Notes: a model not told the origin generated them from the sequence alone. 64,000 nt of DNA from Bacteroidales bacterium UBA1195 (GCA_002309855.1 DBYD01000029.1:10521-74520); one strand, 5' to 3'; positions 27,020-36,346 are shown, counted from the first letter of the stretch. Numbers and translations are program-made.

Positions 27020-28654
27020 TTATTTATTGTTATCGTTATTGTTGTTGGAATCAAACACTTTGTCTTTAACCAGCTCCTTAAAGTCTGAAGGCATTTTTGT
27101 CGCAGTGGAGACCCTTACGGAAGCCCCCCTGTCGATAATGTTGATGAACCGGTAGTATTCATCATCTATGCCTTTGCCGTTGAGAATGACGGAAGGGTAG
27201 TGCCGCCGGTCCACTATCACGTTGGCGGCGTTTTCCAGGCCATATTTTCTCAACAGGATGTCGGCGTAGTTTTCACCCGCCCGTTCCAACAGGACAAAAT
27301 ATACCCCATGCGCCTCATATTCGTTCTGGTGCTGCCGCATCTCATCCAACAGGTATTCCAAACAATGTCCGCATGGATAATTCATATTGATAATCAATAT
27401 AATGTTGTCCTTTTTGATGGGAATGCCAAGATTTTTGAAAAACACATTGACGGGTATTTTCCCATCAGGCAGAACCGTTGCGGCAGGCTTGTATTTTTTC
27501 ATGAACTCGTCAACCGGGCATGGTGTGGTCTTGTCCGTAAGGCTGACTTCATAACAACGGTTGTCATCCTTGCTTTGCGCCCTCCAGCTTCCGTTGCTGT
27601 AATATGGAGTGTAAAAATGTTCGTCCTCACAAAGGTAGCCTAATGAGTTTAGGTTGGAATCCAGTAGCTGCACAATCCGTGTCCTGCCAAAGCTGCGATT
27701 GGCATACAATTGGATGGTGCGGGTATAGATATTTGATTTGTAGTTCCATTCAGGTGCCAAAAATTTGAATGTGCTGTATATGGAATCCGGTTTCATGGAG
27801 GCGGAATCGGTGTTATGGAAAATGCAGCTGCAGTCACCTGTTAAAAACAGACTGTCCTTGTCAAAATCATAGCAGTAGATGTTCGGAGAATTGGTGAAGC
27901 TCACAATGAGCATGCGCTTTTCATTTCCCCGCCAAGTTGGATGGACGGCTGTGGGAAAAAGACTCTTTACATAACGTTTTCCGATTTCCTCTTGGGGATA
28001 TCTGATGTTCAGCATACGGCAGGTGTGATTCCGCAGGTCATACAACCCCATCAGCGGCAGGTTAATGAAATCATTTACAGGCCGTAATACATTCAAATCT
28101 GCAAAGGCGAATGGAATCAGCAGTTTGCCGTCAACAATACGGTCCTGCATTTTGTCGTTGGAGTAAAAAATGCTGTTGTGATATGAACCCCTATAGATAT
28201 ATGGGATATCATTCAGACTGTAGGTGTCCACAATCCCCCCATCTTTATTGATCATCACAAAATCAGGATTTGTGGTGTCCACATAGACACTTAGGCGGTC
28301 AAAAAAGAGAAAAACCGAATCATGGTTATGATAATAGATGGAGTATATCGGAAGTTTTGGAATCCGATCCAAAGGAATTTGGCGAACACGGTTTGATGTG
28401 TGGTTATAGATGCAAATGTTCTTTTGTTTCATATCCAGACCGATATGGAACAATGTGTCGTTTATCGTCCTGTTCATGTTCATCATCCACCAGTGTGAAA
28501 GGTGTGAGGTGTCCATATATGTGTTGAAATTAATTTCGTCCTGACAAGGCAACCCGGTCGAAAAAGGATATATACCGACACTTTTATGTGTTGTTGTGCA
28601 CGAAATCCCTATAAACAGAAGGAGTAATGAAAACAGGTGGAATGATTTATTCAT
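27020..28654 (-). CDS. Hypothetical lipoprotein with a C-terminal thioredoxin-like region carrying a CGHC motif
   Basis: Lipoprotein signal LLLLFIGISC. The N-terminal roughly 380 aa are beta-rich (propeller-like, unassigned). The C-terminal segment ILIINMNYPCGHCLEYLLDE...VYFVLLE has a thioredoxin-fold-like layout with a CxxC motif. Confidence 0.6.
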   Translation of the reverse strand: MNKSFHLFSLLLLFIGISCTTTHKSVGIYPFSTGLPCQDEINFNTYMDTSHLSHWWMMNMNRTINDTLFHIGLDMKQKNICIYNHTSNRVRQIPLDRIPKLPIYSIYYHNHDSVFLFFDRLSVYVDTTNPDFVMINKDGGIVDTYSLNDIPYIYRGSYHNSIFYSNDKMQDRIVDGKLLIPFAFADLNVLRPVNDFINLPLMGLYDLRNHTCRMLNIRYPQEEIGKRYVKSLFPTAVHPTWRGNEKRMLIVSFTNSPNIYCYDFDKDSLFLTGDCSCIFHNTDSASMKPDSIYSTFKFLAPEWNYKSNIYTRTIQLYANRSFGRTRIVQLLDSNLNSLGYLCEDEHFYTPYYSNGSWRAQSKDDNRCYEVSLTDKTTPCPVDEFMKKYKPAATVLPDGKIPVNVFFKNLGIPIKKDNIILIINMNYPCGHCLEYLLDEMRQHQNEYEAHGVYFVLLERAGENYADILLRKYGLENAANVIVDRRHYPSVILNGKGIDDEYYRFINIIDRGASVRVSTATKMPSDFKELVKDKVFDSNNNNDNNK

Positions 28655-28674
28655 TTTATGAAAGTTTTATCCGC

Positions 28675-30174
28675 CTACGCTTCCGGCAGGGTGATGCGGA
28701 AAGTGGTGCCCTTCCCCGGTTCGGTTTTCCTCACCTCGATCTTCCCGTGGTGGTAGCTCTGGATTATCCGCTGGCAGAGTGTCATGCCCACGCCCCAGCC
28801 CCTGGTCTTGGTGGTGAACCCCGGCATGAAGACCCTCCGTGCATTCTTGCGGCTCATTCCCTTCCCGTTGTCCTGCATGTCAATCCAGATGTTTTTCTTT
28901 TCCTTGCCGCAGGTGATACGGATAAACCCTTCGCCCTCCATGGCATCCACGGCGTTCTTGCCCATGTTTTCCAGCACCCATTCAAACAGGTTCCCGTTGA
29001 GGTTGGCGTACAGCGGCGTGTCGGGCGCCTGCAGTTCAATGGTGATCTTCCCTGAAATCCTGGTTTTGAAATAGCTGATGAAGTGTCGGATGCGTTCCAC
29101 AATGTCCATCCGCTCCAATTCAGGTGTCGATTCGATGTTTGAGAAACGGCGGCTCACAACATTGAGCCGCTCCACATCCTTTTCAATCTCGGTGATGATT
29201 TCCGGATTGACCTGCTCGCTCTTCAGTATTTCCGTCCAGGCCATTAGTGCGGAGATGGGTGTGCCCAACTGGTGGGCGGTCTCCTTTGTAAGGCCGGTCC
29301 AGAGGCGGTTGCGTTCCATCTGCCTGCTATACAACAGCATGATTATAAGGATTATGAAGAAAATGATTATGCTGCTGCCCAGTATGAACGGGAAGATGCG
29401 CGTCATTTTCAACACATTCGATTCGGTGTAAAAGACATATGCCGTGTGCGGGCCGTACTTGATGCGGAACGGCGCGGACTGCCGCTGCATCTGACGGAGT
29501 GTGTTTGCCAGCAGCTCAGGGTTACGGGTTATTGAAGAGTCCACGTTGCCGAAAGTGTACACCTTTCTGCGGGTGGAGTCGGTGACCACGACCGGAACGG
29601 AGGGGGCGTTGCGGATGACATCGTTGGTGAAATCCTCGAAATTTTCGACCAGCAGCTCGCGCAACTGTACGCTCAGGTTTGATTCCTTGTAGTGCAGGTA
29701 GATGTATTTCCCCGGAAGAAAGCGGATGGGGATGGTCTCGTAATGCTCTTCGACCAGCGCCTGCTGCAGCTTTTCCCGGCTGTTGATGCTCTCAAGGTAC
29801 TCCGCACTCACATTCCGTGATGCGTTGATGTTGTAGTCCTCGTCGGTCAGGATGTATGGGATTGACTTGTTGGAGTTGATCAGCTGCTCGTAAAAGGTCA
29901 TGTCCACATTGTTGGGAATGTCGATAATACGCTGGTAGACGGATGCATATATCTGCGCCCTGCTGTTCTCCATGCTGTCAATCTGGTCGAAAATCTCCTT
30001 CGTGTCCTGAATCATCTGCGATTTTTTCTGGACAGCGTTCGCCCAAAGGGCGATGTTGTTCTTTTCCTCTGTCTTCAGCTTTTCAATCAGGCTGTTCGAG
30101 AACATCAGCAGCCCGATAAAGACCATCGAGAAGACCAGCAGCAGGATTATTATGATGCGTTTGCGGTAATACAT
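28675..30174 (-). CDS. Sensor histidine kinase (two TM segments, periplasmic sensor domain; no cognate response regulator in the window)
   Basis: H-box HQLGTPISALMAW. ATPase N/G boxes LENMGKNAVDA, DNGKGM and GWGVGM. TM1 spans roughly aa 7-27 and TM2 roughly aa 265-290. Confidence 0.9.
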   Translation of the reverse strand: MYYRKRIIIILLLVFSMVFIGLLMFSNSLIEKLKTEEKNNIALWANAVQKKSQMIQDTKEIFDQIDSMENSRAQIYASVYQRIIDIPNNVDMTFYEQLINSNKSIPYILTDEDYNINASRNVSAEYLESINSREKLQQALVEEHYETIPIRFLPGKYIYLHYKESNLSVQLRELLVENFEDFTNDVIRNAPSVPVVVTDSTRRKVYTFGNVDSSITRNPELLANTLRQMQRQSAPFRIKYGPHTAYVFYTESNVLKMTRIFPFILGSSIIIFFIILIIMLLYSRQMERNRLWTGLTKETAHQLGTPISALMAWTEILKSEQVNPEIITEIEKDVERLNVVSRRFSNIESTPELERMDIVERIRHFISYFKTRISGKITIELQAPDTPLYANLNGNLFEWVLENMGKNAVDAMEGEGFIRITCGKEKKNIWIDMQDNGKGMSRKNARRVFMPGFTTKTRGWGVGMTLCQRIIQSYHHGKIEVRKTEPGKGTTFRITLPEA

Positions 30175-30180
30175 CGCGTT

Positions 30181-33100
30181 TTACCGTACAATGTTCATTT
30201 TCCTTACCTGTTGCCGGCCGTCGTATTCCATGCGGTAGTAGTATAGGCCGTCTGCCCATCCCTCGGTGCTGATGCTGACGGTGTTCTCACCGGCCTGCGC
30301 CTGGATGCGCCTGCGGTTGATCAGCTGCCCGTTGGCGGAGAGCACGGATATTGTCACCTCGCCACCCTGCGGTAGCGTGAACGGTATGGCGGTCATGTTG
30401 GAGGCGGGGTTGGGTATGTTCTGCCCAAGCCGCCAGTCCATACGTCTTGCAATGCGGATGCCGGTGGTGTCGGTTCCGGTGGTGTCGGTTCCGGTTGTGT
30501 CCGTTGTGTCCGGCACATTGACCTTTCCGGTGAGGGAGATGCTGTTGTCACCGGTGGCGGCATCGCAGGGGAGCAGCGCCTCCAGCCTGAAACTGAAGGT
30601 GGGGTTCTCCTTGGTTGCGAATGGCACCACGAAGGGCTGTGAGAGCTGTTGTGTCACGGAGTCGCCGGCCTTGATGTGCGTGCGCAGCGTGTCCGCGAGC
30701 AGGGCCTGCCCGTTGGCGTACATGCGCAGGACAACCCTGTCCACAGGCACGTTGCCCTTGTTCGTGACCGTGGCTTTGATCTGCAGTTGGTCATCACCGC
30801 TGTACAGTGTTATGCTGTCGATGCCGGAGACGGCCGCCAGCGCGATGTCCTGGCTTATGGATATGGATCCGCGTGCGGTGTCGTTGGTGGGGTCGTCATC
30901 AGGTGTGGCGAGGTGCCCCGTGAAGCTGTATGCACCTTCGGCGGAGAGGTCGAGCGCGGTGGTGACGGTGACGGTGTCGGAGCCGTTGCCCGGTATCGTG
31001 GTGCGGTATGGCAGCGCGAAGTTGCGGCTCGCCGCCCCGCTCACCTGCACCATGACGGTGTCGTCCACGGCTGCTGCAGCCGCTGTCTTGTTCTCCACGA
31101 CCATCCGCAGCGTCAGGTTCTGCAGGCTGCATGCGGAGAGTTTGTCAATGTCGGGGAGCAGCAGGCTTGCGGCGAGGTCGCGCCGTGCGGAGATGCGGAC
31201 GCGGTCGATGCGCTGCCCGGCGCCTCCTGCCACGCCCTCAAGCACGATGCAGAGGCACTTCGAGGAGGTGAACCTGTCAAGCTGGTATTCGTATGGCTGC
31301 CATCCCGCTGTGGCCGCTGCCGCGCAGAGCCGTCCGAGGACGGTGTATGTAGCGCCTCCGTCGGTTGTGGCTTTGACGATGAGCGAGTCACCCTGGTTCT
31401 TGCCGTTGTGGTGCGCGTACCAGAGTGTGAGCTTGGGCTGCACCGCCTGGTAAACGGCGACGGAGTTGAGGATGGCCGCGGTCCTGGCCCCGGTCTGGCT
31501 CCCGCCCTCAAGCGTCAGGCATCCGTTGCCGAATGCGGACGCGGGCGTGCCGGTCGTCGCGCATCTCCACTTGAGGCTGCCGCTGATGCACTCCTGCACC
31601 AGCTCCTGTGGCATGGCTGAGAAGTCGGCGTCGAAGGGGAGACTGACGCGGTAGGCGTTGTACTCCATGGATATGGTGTCGTTGGTGGGGTTGTGGTCGG
31701 CGGTGTCGGAGAGGGTGACGCGGATCTTATAGATGCCGCCGTTCGCCGTGTTGAGCCTCATCGGGCGGAACTTGCCGCTCTGTGCGGGGTCGAGCTTGCC
31801 CTGCCTGATGGTGGTGTCTTTGGAGAGGCTCACCGCCCCTGTGACCGTGACGCGGATCTTCAGCGGTGACTTGGCGAAATCTGCGGCGATGTTGCCGATG
31901 TTGGAGATGGTCACCTCGATGTCGGTGAAGTCACCGTGGCAGGCGACGGCTGATGTCGGGTCTGGGTTCACGAAGGCCACTGCTACAAGGTCGGCCTCCA
32001 GCTTAAGATTCCCGCTGTAGCAGCCCATGGTGGTGACGGTGTTGCGGGTTTTGCCGAGGATGTCCCTTGTGACGTTGTTGAGGCGGTTGCAGGCGAATGC
32101 GCTGTAGTCCTTCAGCTCGAGGCTTGTCGCCTGCTGCACGAACTGCGGCTGCACGGCGACGGAGTGCGCGTCCTGCCCGGTGTTGCTCCTCCAGTCCGCC
32201 AATGTGGCTATGGCCTTACCGAAGTATCCGACCATGTTCCGGGCGTGGTAGTTGTTGTAGTCGAGCACGTAGTAGCTGGATATGGACATGGGCACCTTCT
32301 CGATGTATATGGGATATGCTGTTGCACCCTCCGCCACCAGCAGGTTGTTGAGGAGGTTGAAGGGCTGCTTGCCGCTGTTGTTGTAGAGTCTGACGGCGTA
32401 GGCGTTGCCCTTGTCGCACCTCACGAGGACGCTGTTGTGGGCGATGTCCCATTCCTGGTATGGGTCGGTGAGTGTTATTCCGTATGCGAACTTGGTGCCG
32501 GTGAGTGTTATCTCGGAGTTGGAGAGCAGCCCCTTCGCGCTGGTGTTGATGTAGGTCGACAGGACGATGCCGTACACCCCTGTCGCCTCTGCGCGGACGC
32601 GGTTTGCGTCGATTGCGTCGATGTCGTTGTAGGAGTGGAACCAGAGGCCGCAGTACTCGTCGGCGCCCTTGCGCCCCGTGATGTCGTTGGCGCGGACGCT
32701 CCTGTAGTGGGCGTAGCTTTCGCTGTAGAGGCCGTATGCGGCGGCCTCCTTCAAGGTGTTGCTGTCGATGGTGAGCGATGCGGACGGCATGTTGGTTGTG
32801 GAGCCTGCCATGCACGCCATGTGGATGTTGTATGCGCCTCCCTCAATCCTGTTGCAGACAAGGCGGACATCCTGCATGAACAGGGTGCTGCCGGTGGGGT
32901 TGTTGTACCTGACGGCGGCCTCGGTCTTGACGGCGGTGATGGAGGCCTGTATGTCGCAGTTGCGGATGAGTATGTTGCGGACCATGCCTTCGAATGCAAC
33001 GCCGCACTCCGCCTTGGATGTGTTGCCAAAGGCCACCCCGTCGAAGATCCAGTGCATGGCGTTCTTGAGGGTGGCTCCGTTGGTGCCGTTGTCGAAGCGG

Positions 33101-36100
33101 ACGGTTGCTCCCTTGTCGGCGGTGATGCGGATGGTGCTGGTGGCGCTTGAGCCCGGCACGGAGTCGGCGATGGAGAGTGCGGGGTACTGTCCGGAGCGGA
33201 ACATTAGCGTTACCGCACCTCCGATGCCGCAGTGTGTCATGATGGTGTAGGCTTCGTCAAAGGAGGCGAAGTCGGGGCTGGTGCCGCCGACGGTGTATGT
33301 CCCTTTCATGGGGCTGCCGCAGATGAACTCCTGCATGCGGATGGTGTCGTTGTTGGGGTTGGGGTCTTTGTCCTGGTTGGGCTGGTACACCCATGCGATG
33401 ATGCTTATCTGTTTTCCGCCAGGGGCGTTCACGCTGCCGAGTGTTACGGTGTCGCTGCTGCCGGAGGTGAGCAGGCCGCTCCAGCTCTTCGGGGTCTGTG
33501 CGGTCCCGTTCACGCTCCAACCGATTACTGCTGACTTCAAATCATCGTCGCCGAGGTTGGTGAGGGTGACCTTGACCGGACTACTCTGCCCGCCCACAAT
33601 CTGTGTGCCCGCGAACTCGCCCAACGAGGCGTCCAGTTTGGCCAATTTGCCCGTGTAGGCACCCATTCCTGTGATCTTTTTGCGGAGCGAATCCTCCACA
33701 TCGCGGAGGATGCCCATGTTCGGCACCATGAAAAGCGTATAATCTTTCAGTTGCAGCCCTTTGGTCACATCCACGAATCCCGGGTTCGTGGAGAGACTGT
33801 GAGAATTGTCGTTTGTGGTTGATTGCAGCGTCTTAAGGTCGCTGATGATGGTGGTTCCGATGACGGCGATGTCCTTGCCCTGGTTCCAGTAGTTGTTGTA
33901 GTCTGTCCGGACATTTGGCAGCGCGTCCGCCGCAATGACAAGCGGAAACTGGTTGTTGCCGTCGCAGGCGGCCACCATGTTGCCGTAGGCCTCCACGTCA
34001 GAGGTGGCTCCCGTGATTGAGAGGTCGTGCACCCCCACGGTGTAGTTTGTGGTGTATGCGGCCTTGATGGTGTTGTAGATGCTGTTGTGGATGAACCGCG
34101 CCTTGGTGCCGCCCATCTGCACCACACGGCCGGTGCCCTGGCCGACCCGCCATCCGCCGCTCACCTTTCCAAGGATGACATTGTTGGCGATAAGGGTCTT
34201 CCCTCCGTTGAGGCTGGTGGTGTTTGAAACATTGAACACCACGCCGGTGGGGGCCGCGTCACCCATGAGGCTCATGTTGACGAAGTTGCCGTATACGCTG
34301 TCGCAGGTGGTCTGGTTCAGGGCCACGCCGAACGAGTTCTGGTTTATTTTCTTACGCACAAGGCAGGTGTTGAAGCAGAAGCTGACGCTGTCGGCATATT
34401 CGATGCCGAAAAGGCCGTCGTATGTCTCGACAATCAGGTTGCTGTCCACACGCATGCCGTGGAAGCGGCTGGTGGCGGTTCCGCGCAGACGGTTGCGGCA
34501 ACCTCCGGAGATGGTGTTGCCTATCAGGTGGAAGTTGCGCACAAGCGTGGTGATGGTGTTGTCCCCCTTGCCGATGCAGGAATTTGATCCGGCGGTTGCG
34601 GAGACCGGGGTCAGCAGGTTGCAGCGGTAGAAGGTGACATTTTCGGTCGGGCCTGCGAAGTACACCGCATGTCCGCTCCCGGTGTTGTTAATCGTGATGT
34701 AACTGAATGTCATGTTGCTGGTGCTGTCCAACTGGACCGCTCCGTTGGTTCCGCTGTAGTTGAAGGTGACACTGTCGCGGTTTTTGGCCTTGGAGGTGAT
34801 TGTCAGCCGGTATCCGTTCATGAAGCCGGTGTTGATTCTGATCGGGGTCGAGCCCAAGTTGTAGGTTCCCTTTTCAAAAGTCAGGGTGATGTCCCCGCCC
34901 GCGCCGCAGGCCTCAATGCCCTGGATGGCGTCGGCAAGGCTTTTGTACTGGCTGTTCGGGCCGACATTGTATGTGCCGGAGGAGGCCGAGCTGCAGCCGA
35001 GCGAAATCCGACGCAGCGTGTCGTCATTCACTGCCTTGTCCACCACATTGTTCGGCATCTTTATCCATACGGTCACCGTGTCGTAGGTGTTCATCCGGTG
35101 CATGTATGTGCCGAGCGTTATGGTGTCAATAAAGTCGCAGGGCAGGTTGCCGGTGTATTTTTTCGAGCCCTGGTACACGCCGTTGAGCGACCAGTGCAGT
35201 TCCGCCGACTTCAGGTTGTTCAGACCCTTGTTCTTGAAGCTCACCTGCACGGTCTGCGGGTTGGGAATGGAGACCCGTCCCGGCTTGTCAATTGAATGCA
35301 TTGCGACGGAGTTGCTGTCGAAACCGCCCGGATATTTCACGTAGAATCCGGCGTTGGCCTTGGCGTTGTTGCCGAAGGTGTCGCGTCCGATGATGTAGTA
35401 CTGAACGCTTGTGCCGAAATACTGCTGCGGGATGGTGGCCGTCCACATCGAGTCGCCCGCCGTGGCTTTCATCCTGATGGAGTCATGCTTGCTCTTGCCG
35501 CTGTATAGCGTGACGGTGTGCAGGTATGGAGTGAGGATTGGACCGTTTGTCCGTGTGGCCACCTTTGCGTTGACAACGAAGGGTCCGGTTGTGAACACCG
35601 TGTCGGCGATGTTGGAGGTGAATGCCACCACCGGCGGCTGTATGGCGTGCGCGGCGCAGAGTAGCTGCACATCGTCCACATACCATCCGGCTGCAATGTA
35701 GGAACCCATATAGCTTCCTTTCCTGATTATGAATTTGAAGCGTACTTCGGAGTAGCCAGCGTAGTTGCTCATGTCGAAAATCTCCTCCTTCCACCATCCG
35801 CTGGCAGGCTGGGCTAAGGTGTCGTTGGCCTTCCATTCGGTGTAGGAGCTATGGTCGAAGGCGAGGTTGGCCTTGTAGCCGGTGAACTTGCCCTTGTATG
35901 CATCGTTGGGTATCGGCCTCCATTTGTAGTTGACACCCAATCCCTTCTCCTGATACATGACCTGGCAGATGTCACTGGGCAGCACTTTGCATATATGGCT
36001 GAATTTAAGAATCACATATTCATATTGCTGGCAGTCGAAATAGGGAGTGACCAGTTCCACCGTATCACCGGCGGAATAGGGGACGTAGCCGTGCGCCGCG

Positions 36101-36303
36101 TATGATGCGGAGACAACCAGCCCCTTTTCCGTGCGCCAGCTGGGTGCCATTGTGGAAAAGGCCGGCTGCACCGACCAGCCCTGCGGGGTGTTCTTGCCGA
36201 AGGTCTCGTTGCAGACGTAGGTGCCTTGTGCCTGCGCAGCCATGATGGCGGTTGCGAGCATCATCGGCAAAACGGCTTTTCTGAATATGTCTAAAATGTT
36301 CAT
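30181..36303 (-). CDS. Giant T9SS cargo protein, paralog A (2040 aa from the ATG at 36303). Modules: choice-of-anchor-J/MAM-like N-domain, CARDB-like Ig modules, two beta-helix regions, a second MAM-like domain, type-A CTD.
   Basis: Signal peptide MNILDIFRKAVLPMMLATAIMAAQAQG. Beta-helix rungs of about 22-25 aa. CARDB-like LTNLGDDDLKSAVIGWSVNG. C-terminus GQNIPNPASNMTAIPF...GLYYYRMEYDGRQQVRKMNIVR. The track ORF start at 36330 is a TTG extension. Confidence 0.9.
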   Translation of the reverse strand: MNILDIFRKAVLPMMLATAIMAAQAQGTYVCNETFGKNTPQGWSVQPAFSTMAPSWRTEKGLVVSASYAAHGYVPYSAGDTVELVTPYFDCQQYEYVILKFSHICKVLPSDICQVMYQEKGLGVNYKWRPIPNDAYKGKFTGYKANLAFDHSSYTEWKANDTLAQPASGWWKEEIFDMSNYAGYSEVRFKFIIRKGSYMGSYIAAGWYVDDVQLLCAAHAIQPPVVAFTSNIADTVFTTGPFVVNAKVATRTNGPILTPYLHTVTLYSGKSKHDSIRMKATAGDSMWTATIPQQYFGTSVQYYIIGRDTFGNNAKANAGFYVKYPGGFDSNSVAMHSIDKPGRVSIPNPQTVQVSFKNKGLNNLKSAELHWSLNGVYQGSKKYTGNLPCDFIDTITLGTYMHRMNTYDTVTVWIKMPNNVVDKAVNDDTLRRISLGCSSASSGTYNVGPNSQYKSLADAIQGIEACGAGGDITLTFEKGTYNLGSTPIRINTGFMNGYRLTITSKAKNRDSVTFNYSGTNGAVQLDSTSNMTFSYITINNTGSGHAVYFAGPTENVTFYRCNLLTPVSATAGSNSCIGKGDNTITTLVRNFHLIGNTISGGCRNRLRGTATSRFHGMRVDSNLIVETYDGLFGIEYADSVSFCFNTCLVRKKINQNSFGVALNQTTCDSVYGNFVNMSLMGDAAPTGVVFNVSNTTSLNGGKTLIANNVILGKVSGGWRVGQGTGRVVQMGGTKARFIHNSIYNTIKAAYTTNYTVGVHDLSITGATSDVEAYGNMVAACDGNNQFPLVIAADALPNVRTDYNNYWNQGKDIAVIGTTIISDLKTLQSTTNDNSHSLSTNPGFVDVTKGLQLKDYTLFMVPNMGILRDVEDSLRKKITGMGAYTGKLAKLDASLGEFAGTQIVGGQSSPVKVTLTNLGDDDLKSAVIGWSVNGTAQTPKSWSGLLTSGSSDTVTLGSVNAPGGKQISIIAWVYQPNQDKDPNPNNDTIRMQEFICGSPMKGTYTVGGTSPDFASFDEAYTIMTHCGIGGAVTLMFRSGQYPALSIADSVPGSSATSTIRITADKGATVRFDNGTNGATLKNAMHWIFDGVAFGNTSKAECGVAFEGMVRNILIRNCDIQASITAVKTEAAVRYNNPTGSTLFMQDVRLVCNRIEGGAYNIHMACMAGSTTNMPSASLTIDSNTLKEAAAYGLYSESYAHYRSVRANDITGRKGADEYCGLWFHSYNDIDAIDANRVRAEATGVYGIVLSTYINTSAKGLLSNSEITLTGTKFAYGITLTDPYQEWDIAHNSVLVRCDKGNAYAVRLYNNSGKQPFNLLNNLLVAEGATAYPIYIEKVPMSISSYYVLDYNNYHARNMVGYFGKAIATLADWRSNTGQDAHSVAVQPQFVQQATSLELKDYSAFACNRLNNVTRDILGKTRNTVTTMGCYSGNLKLEADLVAVAFVNPDPTSAVACHGDFTDIEVTISNIGNIAADFAKSPLKIRVTVTGAVSLSKDTTIRQGKLDPAQSGKFRPMRLNTANGGIYKIRVTLSDTADHNPTNDTISMEYNAYRVSLPFDADFSAMPQELVQECISGSLKWRCATTGTPASAFGNGCLTLEGGSQTGARTAAILNSVAVYQAVQPKLTLWYAHHNGKNQGDSLIVKATTDGGATYTVLGRLCAAAATAGWQPYEYQLDRFTSSKCLCIVLEGVAGGAGQRIDRVRISARRDLAASLLLPDIDKLSACSLQNLTLRMVVENKTAAAAAVDDTVMVQVSGAASRNFALPYRTTIPGNGSDTVTVTTALDLSAEGAYSFTGHLATPDDDPTNDTARGSISISQDIALAAVSGIDSITLYSGDDQLQIKATVTNKGNVPVDRVVLRMYANGQALLADTLRTHIKAGDSVTQQLSQPFVVPFATKENPTFSFRLEALLPCDAATGDNSISLTGKVNVPDTTDTTGTDTTGTDTTGIRIARRMDWRLGQNIPNPASNMTAIPFTLPQGGEVTISVLSANGQLINRRRIQAQAGENTVSISTEGWADGLYYYRMEYDGRQQVRKMNIVR
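30461..30514 (-). repeat. 15-bp tandem repeat (about 3.5 copies) encoding the DTT(D/G)T linker immediately before the CTD of paralog A
   Basis: CCGGTGGTGTCGGTT x2, then the degenerate CCGGTTGTGTCCGTT. It translates on the minus strand to PDTTDTTGTDTTGTDTTG. Paralog B has a shorter variant at 36720-36764. Confidence 0.85.
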
Positions 36304-36346
36304 AATGATAATTTTAAAGATTAATCCCAAATTTAAAACGAATTTG

